In this document: piece by piece, positions 1 through 7,933 of the stretch
Position numbering within the stretch: the first letter of the stretch is position 1
Layout: every line of letters begins with the position of its first letter
Assembly: GCA_043803745.1 (NCBI GenBank)
Contig: JAZDJS010000021.1
Location: 16,738-80,737 of the forward strand
Origin: an archaeon
Lineage (GTDB): Archaea > SpSt-1190 > DYHY01
Length of the DNA: 64,000 nt
Reading direction: 5' to 3'
Translations under genes and position numbers: made by a program
The notes under the pieces: generated by a model
Seen by the model: only the letters and a program-made list of their open reading frames with translations
Told to the model about the DNA's origin: nothing
The model's database searches: none

Positions 1-1648
1 AAGATGTAGTCAAGGATCTCGTCCGTAAGGTCTGCCGGAGTCAGTTTCTCCTCCTTGATTATGTGGGAAACTGTGTAGTAAGCCATGTAAATCACCGAAT
101 CCGAAAGGGTTTCGACAATCCAGGATTTGTCCCAGGGCAAAGGGGTGCCGAGCCCGGAGCGGCGGGCGCAGGCCTTGTCATGGAGCCAGTCGACCGTGTT
201 CTCGAACTGGGTCCGGTAGGTTTCGGGACGGAAGTTCATTTTCGAGATTGCCTTCTTCACTTTGACCTTCCAGGCTTCGTCGGAGAATTTCAGGAACCAC
301 TGGTTCTCGAGAATCTTCACAATGCAGGTCGTTCCGCAGCGGCAGACAACATTGTCGTCGGCTTCCCAGATGAAATCCAGGATTCCCGCCGCGAAGAAAT
401 CTTTCTTAAGCTGCTCCTTGCATGCGTCAACGGACATCCCGGCGTATTTGCCGGAGACTGGGAGCATCTTTCCCTCGTGATGTTCCTTCCGGTAAATTTC
501 CTCCTTCGCCTTCTGGAGCTTGTCGGCATCCTTCTGGCTTGATATTCCGAGGCGCTCGACAATCTCCTTCGAGGGATGCTCGCCATATCCCGGGACGGTT
601 ATCACCGCAACGGGCGTCAGCGAAGAGATTTCTTCGGGGTCGATCCCGTATTCGCTGAGGATGGAGGGATTTTTCTTCAAATCCTCCTCCCCGACCCAGT
701 CGAAAGGGGCGTGCGAGGGAACGGACATCACAACCCCCGTCGTATGGCTACCATCTACGAAGTCGGCTGGAAGGATTATCATCCATTTGCCGTTCGCCGG
801 ATTCCTGCATTTCTTCCCGAAGAATTCCCTCGGGCTGAAAGGCGGGCTGACCTCCCCGACATCATTCCGCTGGTTCCGGAGTTTCTCAACCGACTTTTCC
901 GAGACAATCCAGGTTTCCTTTCCGATTTTCACGTCAACATACTTTTCGCTAGGATTGAGGAACATCGAAGTCACTCCGAAGATTGTTTCGGGCCGGAGGG
1001 TTGCCGGGGTGAGGATTCTCCCGTCCTCGAGAGGGAACTTGAGAATTGAAAAGTCCTGGGGACTTGCGCCCTCCCCGTAAAGTCGGTCATGGTCGCCGGT
1101 CGGGCTCTGGCATCTTGTGCAGTAGATTACCGGATGAGTCCCCTGGACAACATATCCCAGCGCGCGGAGGGTGTTGTATTGCCATTCGATGAAGCGGGAG
1201 AATGTCGGGGTGAGCTGCGTCGTGACGAAGGTCCTCCTCCAGTCAATCGAGCCTCCGATTGCGTCAAGGGTTTCCTTGAAAATCCCCTTCCAATAGTTCA
1301 CAATGTAGACCGGTTCGGTGAACTTGCCCAGTTCCCCTTCCGGGACCCCCGAATCAAGGAGAATTTGCCTCTGCTTCTCGTCGCCGGCTTTCAGGCGGGA
1401 GGCAACACCGGCAATAGGCTCGCCGGTCGCGTGGAAACCGAACGGGAAGAGGACGTTTTTTCCTTTCAGCCTTTGGAACCTTGCGGAAACGTCAAGGCGG
1501 GTGAATGTATAGCCATGCCCCATGTGCATTGCGCCGTTGACATATGGGAAGGGGAAAGTGAGGAAGAACTTTTGGCGCGAGTCTGGCTCCGCCTCGAAAA
1601 CCCGCTCCTCCTGCCAGGTTTTGGAGATTTCGGATTCTGATCGTTCCA
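1..1648 (-). CDS. leuS: Leucyl-tRNA synthetase, N-terminal part (the gene runs off the left edge of the window)
   Basis: Reverse-strand translation from the ATG at 1646-1648 gives MERSESEISKTWQEERVFEAEPDSRQKFFLTFPFPYVNGAMHMGHGYTFTRLDV...RFIEWQYNTLRALGYVVQGTHPVIYCTRCQSPTGDHD. This has the class I HxGH-type motif (HMGH) and strong resemblance to archaeal LeuRS (FIEWQF..GDHD block). The + strand ORFs in the track at 63-1640 are shadow ORFs. Confidence 0.85.
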
Positions 1649-1726
1649 TCGGCGGAAAGGGCGCGCAGGCTGTTTTTAAGGGTTGAGGGGGGATTGGACG
1701 AAAAGGACGGAAAGTTTTAAAATCAC

Positions 1727-2359
1727 TTGAATGTGGTCACAAACGTGGCGAAAGATTTCGTTGTTGTTACCGGGATTGGCGAGTTTTCTCTTCTTACTGA
1801 CCTTTTGGAAACTCCTGGAAGGGAAAATCTTGACCTAAAATATTCGGCGAGGGTTTCGACAGGCCTCTTGGGCCTCGCAACCTGTCCCGCAGGAAACGCT
1901 TCCTATGCCCCGAAAGGGATGCCGGATGTTCTTATTGCGGACGGGCCCGAAGGAGTCGCTGGCCTTGTTGCCCTTGGTTTCATACCTTGCCCTGTTTGCA
2001 AGCCGGAAGAGCAGGCGGATTTCTGGCCTGCTGTCGGGGAACTTGTCGGGGAGAAATATCCGGGGATAGCTTCGCCAAAGGATTTCGCTGACAAGGAAAA
2101 GGTTCCGTATGATGTCAGAGAAACGGCTCTGAAAGCAATAGTTTTGCGGACCGGAGCTTTCCCTAACCGGCTCTATCTTCCAAGAGACTTGAGCGAGCAA
2201 GAAATTCTGCAACTTGCGGCGAGGCTCGGAGACATTCAGGATCTTGTTTTGGCTGGCTCCGGAAAATCAATTCATCTGCCGCAGGTAGGATGTTACGACC
2301 GCGATGCGCCAGGTCACTTCAGGGAATACGAACTTCCAAAACTCAGGTCTGATATTTAG
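1727..2359 (+). CDS. Hypothetical protein (TTG start in the track)
   Basis: 210-aa ORF, convergent with the next gene. No recognisable motif. Confidence 0.35.
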   Translation: MNVVTNVAKDFVVVTGIGEFSLLTDLLETPGRENLDLKYSARVSTGLLGLATCPAGNASYAPKGMPDVLIADGPEGVAGLVALGFIPCPVCKPEEQADFWPAVGELVGEKYPGIASPKDFADKEKVPYDVRETALKAIVLRTGAFPNRLYLPRDLSEQEILQLAARLGDIQDLVLAGSGKSIHLPQVGCYDRDAPGHFREYELPKLRSDI

Positions 2360-3032
2360 CAGCCGCTCTCCCAAGGAATTCGGCGGGAATTTTCGCAGTT
2401 CTCAGGTTGTCCCGCAGGAGTCCGAGAGCGACCGCATCCAAGTAATCTGAATGGCTCCCAGCGAAATCTCCAATGTGCAGAACGCCCCTTTCCGCTTTGT
2501 CGAGGTTCTCTTGAACAACCTCCTCTATCCGCGACCGCTCAGCCCTTCGTAAAGTTGGCTCGATTTTCCCGTTTTCTTTTCCAAGAACCTGTGCAATGGC
2601 AGCCATTGTGCAGGGCGTCTCGACAACAGTGTAAGAATATACATCGCCCTCCCTTGAGAGAATTGCCAGCATACGGAGATTCTCGGTAGCATAGCGAGAA
2701 TATTCCCCAACGCAGTAAACAACGCTCCCGTCCGATTCGGGCTCAGGGGAAATCCGGGCATACATGTCCGCTATTGCCCAAGCATCCCTGCGGGGATGAG
2801 GCATTTCAAGAAAATATTCAATTATTTCTTCCTCAGGGTATATCTCGCCGGGTTTTGCCAGATCGTCTATCCACAAAATCGCGCTCGCAGGATCCCTTTC
2901 AAGGGAGCCTATTTCTAAGGAAAAATCCAGGAACGCCTGAAGGTCCCCCTTTTCTTCGGATTCTGCAAGCTTTTCGCGCAGTCTGGGGACTAGTTTTTCA
3001 TTCGCAAAGGCGGCATAATCCCGGACAAACAT
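2343..3032 (-). CDS. Hypothetical protein
   Basis: 229-aa ORF with acidic, protein-like composition. No recognised domain. Confidence 0.45.
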   Translation of the reverse strand: MFVRDYAAFANEKLVPRLREKLAESEEKGDLQAFLDFSLEIGSLERDPASAILWIDDLAKPGEIYPEEEIIEYFLEMPHPRRDAWAIADMYARISPEPESDGSVVYCVGEYSRYATENLRMLAILSREGDVYSYTVVETPCTMAAIAQVLGKENGKIEPTLRRAERSRIEEVVQENLDKAERGVLHIGDFAGSHSDYLDAVALGLLRDNLRTAKIPAEFLGRAAAKYQT

Positions 3033-3165
3033 TAGCTACTATGTAGTAACTAATCTTTATAAGAGTTTTGGGTTTAAAAAGGCTGGCAAAATGACTGAAA
3101 TGTTACTTGCAGGTTTTGCCACAAACCCGCTTTTCAATCTGAACCAACCAACGCAGTTACGCGTT

Positions 3166-3365
3166 TTTTCTTTTGCGCCCGTCAACGGAGCTTTTCTTTT
3201 GCGAAAAGAAAAGATGGGTTGGGAGTGGACTGGACGGGAGTCCCCTACCGGACTTCGGCTAGCGCCTCAGGAACCCGTGACAGTGGGGTTTTCTTTTGCG
3301 CCCGTCAACGGAGCTTTTCTTTTGCGAAAAGAAAAGATGGGTTGGGAGTGGACTGGACGGGAGTC
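3166..3365. repeat. Tandem direct repeat with a 123-bp period. Copies are about 77 nt and about 74 nt are identical. Each copy ends with the last 17 nt of tRNA-Ala (tggactggacgggagtc) preceded by a conserved palindromic trailer.
   Basis: Copy 1 is at about 3166-3242 and copy 2 at 3287-3365. Copy 2 overlaps the 3-prime end of the tRNA-Ala gene. The 44-nt spacer at 3243-3286 contains gaacccgtgac, which is a T-arm fragment. Confidence 0.9.
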
Positions 3366-3420
3366 GAACCCGTGACCTCAGCGTTGCGAACGCCGCATTC
3401 TACCACTGAACTACCAGCCC
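3349..3420 (-). tRNA. tRNA-Ala (anticodon CGC)
   Basis: The reverse complement folds as GGGCTGG-TA-GTTC..GAAT-GCGGCG TTCGCAA CGCTGA-GGTC-ACGGG TTCGACT CCCGT-CCAGTCC-A. The G3:U70 pair is the alanine identity element. The anticodon loop is TTCGCAA. CCA is not encoded. Confidence 0.85.
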
Positions 3421-3606
3421 GTGCGTCTATCCAAGTTCAGTGGCGGTATATTAGCATTCCTGAGCCATCAGGCAAAGTCCGTGAGCGCACGGATACCACT
3501 GAACTACCCGCCCTTTTTTTACTGAACCCGAGCCATCGCAGGCGAGGTCCGCGCTTGATGCACGGATACCGGCCCTTGAACTTTTGGAAACTCTTCCGGG
3601 TTTTTA
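3421..3606 (-). other. Two tandem degenerate units of about 90 nt upstream of tRNA-Ala. They contain tRNA-like 5-prime fragments (GGGCGGGTAGTTCAGTGGTA on the minus strand), hairpins (TCCGTGCGCTCACGGA; CCTGATGGCTCAGG) and A/T runs. This is a possible structured ncRNA or pseudo-tRNA.
   Basis: The minus-strand read gives GGGCCGGTATCCGTGCATCAAGCGCGGACCTCGCCTGCGATGGCTCGGG.. and GGGCGGGTAGTTCAGTGGTATCCGTGCGCTCACGGACTTTGCCTGATGGCTCAGG.. The units are homologous to each other. The + strand copies end in T7 and T5 runs. Confidence 0.3.
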
Positions 3607-3668
3607 ATAGATTCTGTAGGTCTGCAAAGGTAAGATATTTAAATAATCACTAGGTAATGATGAATTAG

Positions 3669-4076
3669 ATGACTAAAAAGAGGGGCTACGCACTGCGCGT
3701 CGGGGAGTATCTTCACGAGCTTTGGCCCAACGCAATCCTCTGCCGCCCTGACAAGGAAATCCCTCAGAAAAACGGAAAGAGGCCTGACTGGCTTGTTCTC
3801 GACTCGGTTGATGAGCTTGACGGACGGACAACATATCGAGTTTTTCCCGTTGAAGTCAAACAGAGACACGCGCTGGATGGAGAAGAACAAATACGCAGGG
3901 CGACTACAAGGGCTGTTGTCGATTTTTACCGCAGAAGACCTGATGTAAGACCTGCGGTGACTGAAATTCTCCGGGGAAGTTGGGAACTTCTTCCAGGGTA
4001 TGTTGCTTCATCTGAATCGCCTCCGGAAGGCGCGCCAATTCAACACCTGCTCGTTCCTTTGAGCTATCATCGTTGA
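3669..4076 (+). CDS. hjc: PD-(D/E)xK nuclease, probably Holliday junction resolvase Hjc
   Basis: 135 aa. KKRGYALRVGEYLHEL ... PDWLVLD ... VFPVEVKQR matches the Hjc motifs (KRKG..E..; PDIIA; LIEVKS). A TATA-like ATATTTAAATAA lies about 26 bp upstream. Confidence 0.55.
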   Translation: MTKKRGYALRVGEYLHELWPNAILCRPDKEIPQKNGKRPDWLVLDSVDELDGRTTYRVFPVEVKQRHALDGEEQIRRATTRAVVDFYRRRPDVRPAVTEILRGSWELLPGYVASSESPPEGAPIQHLLVPLSYHR

Positions 4077-5275
4077 GCGCTTCTCAAATCCCGTTTAGGA
4101 AACAGGAAAATCCCCAGCGCGAACAGAGGAATGACTGCGGCGAATGCGAATGCTGCAGAAGGCCCGGAATATTTCCAGAGGAGCCCCGCAATAGCCGAAG
4201 CTGGAAGATAGACAAGCCCGGTTACGAAGCTGTAGAGACCGATTGCGCTTGCCCGGGTCTCCTTTGCGGATGTGTCGGAGATGTAGGCTTTGCTCTGCGC
4301 CTCGTCAAGCGTGTAGAAGATTCCGAAAAGGAGGAACAGGATGATTATCGTCTCCCGGGAATTCGCAAGAAGGAAGCCTATTGAGATTGCGGAGTACAGG
4401 ACATATTCTCCGGCAACAAGATATTTCCGGCCTATCTTGTCGCCCAGTTTCCCGAGGGGGACTGCAAACAGGAAGAAGGAAACGTTGAAGGTTGCATAGA
4501 GGAGAACGACCTCGCTTGCGGAGAAGCCGACAAGATATGCCTTGAGGAGGAGGAAGGAGAAGCTGAAATAGGAAAGGGAGAAGACTGCCGAGGAAAGAAG
4601 GTAGCGCTTCAAATCCCCGGAGAGGGTTCCGAGAATCTGGAAGGGATTCGCGCGGATTGCTCTTTTCCTCGGCTTCCGGTCCTTCACGAAAAGGACAAGG
4701 ACAAGGACGGAAAGAATTGCGGGAACGAGAGCGACTGCGAAGAGGAACCGGAACGCTGAAGGGGTTTCCCCGAGGGACTTGAGAATCAGATATGCAACGA
4801 AAGGTCCCAAAATTGCCCCGGCCTTGTCAAGCATTTTGTGGATTCCGAACGAAGCCCCGGTCTTCCCTTCCGAGGAAATCGTTGATATTAGCGCATCTCT
4901 CGGAGCGCCGCGGATCGATTTTCCTAGGCGCTCGACAACCCGGAAAAGGGCTGCCCCGAAAACCGTCGGGAGGAAAAGGATTATTGATTTCGCAGCAGTC
5001 GAGAATCCGTAGCCGAAAACCGCGAACGGCTTTCTTTTGCCAGTTTTGTCGGAAAGGTAGCCGGAAACAAAGTCAAGGGAGGAGGCCGCGAAATCAGAAA
5101 GGCCCTCGACAAGCCCGAGGAGCGCCTGGGATGCCCCAAGGATTACAGTGAAGAAAACGGAGAAAACGGAGAAAATCATTTCCGAGCTTATGTCAGTCAG
5201 GAAGCTGACGATTCCTAGAATAATTATTTCTAGGGGAACCCCGAAAATCTGCCTTGGCTTTCTTTTCTCGCCCAT
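4067..5275 (-). CDS. MFS (major facilitator superfamily) transporter
   Basis: 402 aa with about 12 predicted TM helices and MFS-like loops (GxLSDKTGKRKP). Confidence 0.75.
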   Translation of the reverse strand: MGEKRKPRQIFGVPLEIIILGIVSFLTDISSEMIFSVFSVFFTVILGASQALLGLVEGLSDFAASSLDFVSGYLSDKTGKRKPFAVFGYGFSTAAKSIILFLPTVFGAALFRVVERLGKSIRGAPRDALISTISSEGKTGASFGIHKMLDKAGAILGPFVAYLILKSLGETPSAFRFLFAVALVPAILSVLVLVLFVKDRKPRKRAIRANPFQILGTLSGDLKRYLLSSAVFSLSYFSFSFLLLKAYLVGFSASEVVLLYATFNVSFFLFAVPLGKLGDKIGRKYLVAGEYVLYSAISIGFLLANSRETIIILFLLFGIFYTLDEAQSKAYISDTSAKETRASAIGLYSFVTGLVYLPASAIAGLLWKYSGPSAAFAFAAVIPLFALGIFLFPKRDLRSAQR

Positions 5276-5333
5276 TTAGGTCGTGGTCCTTTTTCGTTTT
5301 CCCGTGAAAGGTCCTCTGCAGAGGAGGTTTCAG

Positions 5334-5420
5334 CGCCGAGAATGGGATTTGAACCCATATATCCCCGAAGGGAAACCAGCTCTCAAGGCTGGCGCGTTGA
5401 CCGGATTTCGCTATCTCGGC
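5334..5420 (-). tRNA. tRNA-Ser (anticodon TGA), class II with a long variable arm
   Basis: The reverse complement is GCCGAGA-TAGCGAAATCCGGTCAACGCG-CCAGC CTTGAGA GCTGG-TTTCCCTTCGGGGATATA-TGGGTTCAAATCCCA-TCTCGGC-G. The TATA TTTATAAA at 5443-5450 sits about 26 nt upstream of the 5-prime end. Confidence 0.85.
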
Positions 5421-5573
5421 AGGTTCTAAGGCTTGATGGTAGTTTATAAAATGAAGTTTTTCTTACGCCCGTCAACGGATTTTCTTTTTGCCAAAAAGAA
5501 AATGGGTTGGATGTTGACCGGATTTCGCTCTTATCTCGGCGTGCGTTAAGGCAAGGAGGGAGTTTATAAAATG
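5396..5573. repeat. Direct repeat with a 117-bp period. It duplicates the first roughly 28 nt of tRNA-Ser plus its TATA promoter (unit A 5396-5453, unit B 5513-5573, about 85% identical). The palindromic trailer element lies between the units.
   Basis: gttgaccggatttcgctatctcggcaggttctaaggcttgatggtagtttataaaatg versus gttgaccggatttcgctcttatctcggcgtgcgttaaggcaaggagggagtttataaaatg. Confidence 0.85.
5443..5450 (-). promoter_or_regulatory. Archaeal TATA box (TTTATAAA) for tRNA-Ser
   Basis: Palindromic TATA centred about 26 nt upstream of the tRNA 5-prime end. Confidence 0.6.
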
Positions 5574-5595
5574 GGCGCTGATTGGAAGAGAGACG

Positions 5596-5784
5596 ATGGA
5601 TTCTCCTTCTCACCAAGCGAAACCCGCAAGGGAAAAGCGCCTCCAGGTGGACTGCATGAACTGCGGGGAAGCGGTTGACATAACTGGCAAGGCTGCGGGG
5701 GAGAGAATATTCTGCCCTGAATGCAAAGCGGAATTCGTCGTTGCCCTGATAGACGGGCATCTTGATATCGAATTCCTGACCTGA
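5596..5784 (+). CDS. Small zinc-ribbon protein (CxxC...CxxC), LysW-like architecture
   Basis: 62 aa, ...CMNCGEAVDITGKAAGERIFCPECKAEFVVALIDGHLDIEFLT. The duplicated TATA (5563-5570) is about 29 nt upstream, consistent with a leaderless promoter. Confidence 0.45.
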   Translation: MDSPSHQAKPAREKRLQVDCMNCGEAVDITGKAAGERIFCPECKAEFVVALIDGHLDIEFLT

Positions 5785-5827
5785 TTCGGCCGGAAAAACT
5801 TTTAACCTAGGAACGTGACGTTCCGGG

Positions 5828-7924
5828 ATGGCAAAGAGGAAACTCATCTTGGTGGGCTTGGTTTTGGCATATTTGGTTATTGTCGGGGGATTTTCTCCGG
5901 GGACTGGGGATTCCGCGCTCTCTTCGGGAAGCGCTCTTGTCGCATGCACAATGGATGCGAAAATCTGCCCCGATGGCAGCGCGGTTGGAAGGACCGGACC
6001 GAACTGCGAGTTTGCGCCCTGCCCTGAAGATTCAACATCATCTGGGGGAGGCCAAACTGAGATTGCGAACCCCGCTTCGGTGAAATGCATCAGGGAGGGG
6101 GGGAAACTGGCAATCAAAGAAGCTGACGGGGGACAAATCGGCATCTGCCACTTTCCCGACGGAACCTCCTGCGAAGAATGGGCATATTACCGGGGCGAGT
6201 GCGGGACGAATTCCGGAGGGGAAATTTCGCTGCCGACAACCCTAATACAGCCAATTGACTCCGCATGCGCAAGAATCGCCCTCCTAAGGCAGGAGCTTGC
6301 GAAATATAGGGAACTTGTCTCCCTAACCGAAAACGAGCTTTCCTCAAGGGGATATTCCCTTGAAAAACTCAAGCTCATTATCAGCGAAAAGGAGAAACTT
6401 GTAAGGGAGAAAATCTCCGAGTGTCCTGAAAGCTCGGAAACCGGCGGAACAAGCACATCCTCTTCCGGAGGCTCCGGGCAGGGGGTCCTCCAAAGCGGCG
6501 ACGGCTGCCTTGAAATCCAAAACAGGATACAGAAATACAAGGAAATTCTCCTTCTGAATGACGAGCTCCTTTCCGAGAAAGGGCTTGCCAGGGAGAAAAT
6601 CAAGGCTCTGCTTGATGCGGAAGCTGGGAAATATTCCGCCTGCTTGGGTGCAAATCGGGCAACTGAAACCTTGCCTGCGGTCCCGGTGCTTACGCCCTGC
6701 GGCGAGGCGAAGGGGCTTTCCGAAAACGTTCTCTATTACAAGAAGCTCCTTTCATTGACTGATGAAGAGCTTGCGGAAAAGGGCCTTGAAAGGGCGCTGG
6801 TCCAGAAGAAATTCGAGCAAGCTGACGCTACGCACAACAATGCAGTCTCCAACTGCGTTGTCACAAAAGCGGAGCCGATTTCTTCCGAGGCAGTCCCGAT
6901 AGGTCCCTGCGAACAGGTCAGACTTGTCGAGCAGAAAATCCTCTACTACAAAAAGCTCCTTGGCCTTACGGATTCGGAGCTTGCGGAGAGGGTGAAGGAA
7001 TACACGCGCGAGAACCTGAAGGCGAACCTCGAGTCTCTTGAGAAAACTTATGCCGAGTTCGTCCGCAAATGCAGGGCGGCTTCCGGGGAAACCCGGGCGC
7101 AACCTTGTGTTCCCTCCCAGGAAAAGATGCGGGAGTATGAAGGTCTTTCCGAAAAGCTCAAGGCAGCGAACGCTAACGGAGACAAGGCGCTCGCAGAGGA
7201 GATAATGCAGGAAATCCGGGCTGTGAAGGCTGAGATTGCCGCGTCGAATTCCTGCGCCCAGGAAATTTCTGCAGCGGCAATTGCAAAGCCGACTGCAGTT
7301 GAAAATTCCCAGGAAATTTCCAGCTATTACAAGAACAAGCTGGCGACGGTGATGTCGTCCGCCTCGGGAGTTGACAGCCAAATCTCCTCCCTGAAGGAAC
7401 TCAGGACCGAGATAGACAAGATGATTGAAGCGCTCCTGAAGAGGAAGGAAAGCGTTGATGCCGAAGAGCTTTCAGGTCTCGCAACTGTCGAGATTTCGGA
7501 AGACGGGATGAAGGTCAACAACAAGGTTGTCGAATCCCTTGTAAGCAACGAGATTGTCACAAGGATAAACAACCGGGAGATGAAGGTTCTGAAGGGCGCT
7601 TCCGGGGTTTCCCTTGACGACGGCTCGGAAATAAAGCCGGATGTCGGAGAGCCGGTGATTGTCGAGGATGGGAAAGTGAATATTGGCGGAAATGAGCTGA
7701 AAATCCTTCCTGGCGAGCTTGGGACCTTGATTGGCTTCGCCCCCGACTCGGTTGAGTTGGGGTCTGAGGATGGGAAGCTCGTCTATGTTGCAAGGATGAA
7801 TGAAAAAAGGAAGCTTTTCTGGATAATCCCAGTTCAGGTCGAGAAAACGGAGAAAATAGACGCTGAGAACGGTGAGTCCCTCGGGGAAAGCATGCCTTGG
7901 TGGTCAGCCCTGGCTTCAAGATAG
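5828..7924 (+). CDS. Secreted or membrane-anchored repeat protein with an N-terminal DUF333 (putative hemolysin-like) domain
   Basis: 698 aa. N-terminal hydrophobic anchor, then SVKCIREGGKLAIKEADGGQIGICHFPDGTSCEEWAYYRGEC, which is the DUF333 signature. Four internal repeats of the type KY(K/R)ELxSLTDxELxEKGL separated by Cys-containing linkers. Coiled-coil-rich C-terminal half. Confidence 0.65.
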   Translation: MAKRKLILVGLVLAYLVIVGGFSPGTGDSALSSGSALVACTMDAKICPDGSAVGRTGPNCEFAPCPEDSTSSGGGQTEIANPASVKCIREGGKLAIKEADGGQIGICHFPDGTSCEEWAYYRGECGTNSGGEISLPTTLIQPIDSACARIALLRQELAKYRELVSLTENELSSRGYSLEKLKLIISEKEKLVREKISECPESSETGGTSTSSSGGSGQGVLQSGDGCLEIQNRIQKYKEILLLNDELLSEKGLAREKIKALLDAEAGKYSACLGANRATETLPAVPVLTPCGEAKGLSENVLYYKKLLSLTDEELAEKGLERALVQKKFEQADATHNNAVSNCVVTKAEPISSEAVPIGPCEQVRLVEQKILYYKKLLGLTDSELAERVKEYTRENLKANLESLEKTYAEFVRKCRAASGETRAQPCVPSQEKMREYEGLSEKLKAANANGDKALAEEIMQEIRAVKAEIAASNSCAQEISAAAIAKPTAVENSQEISSYYKNKLATVMSSASGVDSQISSLKELRTEIDKMIEALLKRKESVDAEELSGLATVEISEDGMKVNNKVVESLVSNEIVTRINNREMKVLKGASGVSLDDGSEIKPDVGEPVIVEDGKVNIGGNELKILPGELGTLIGFAPDSVELGSEDGKLVYVARMNEKRKLFWIIPVQVEKTEKIDAENGESLGESMPWWSALASR

Positions 7925-7933
7925 AAAGGAGTT

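Noticed and set aside
63-1640. Four + strand ORFs (63-542, 520-1080, 576-1049, 1089-1640) and the minus-strand ORF 317-586
   Set aside because: They overlap the minus-strand LeuRS coding sequence, whose translation is clearly LeuRS. The + strand products are low-complexity and not protein-like. They are shadow ORFs in GC-rich DNA.
5383-6144. 253-aa minus-strand ORF spanning the tRNA-Ser repeat region and the start of the large DUF333 gene
   Set aside because: It runs through the tRNA gene and the tandem repeats and is antisense to a well-supported gene. Its composition is Pro/Ser-rich with no motif.
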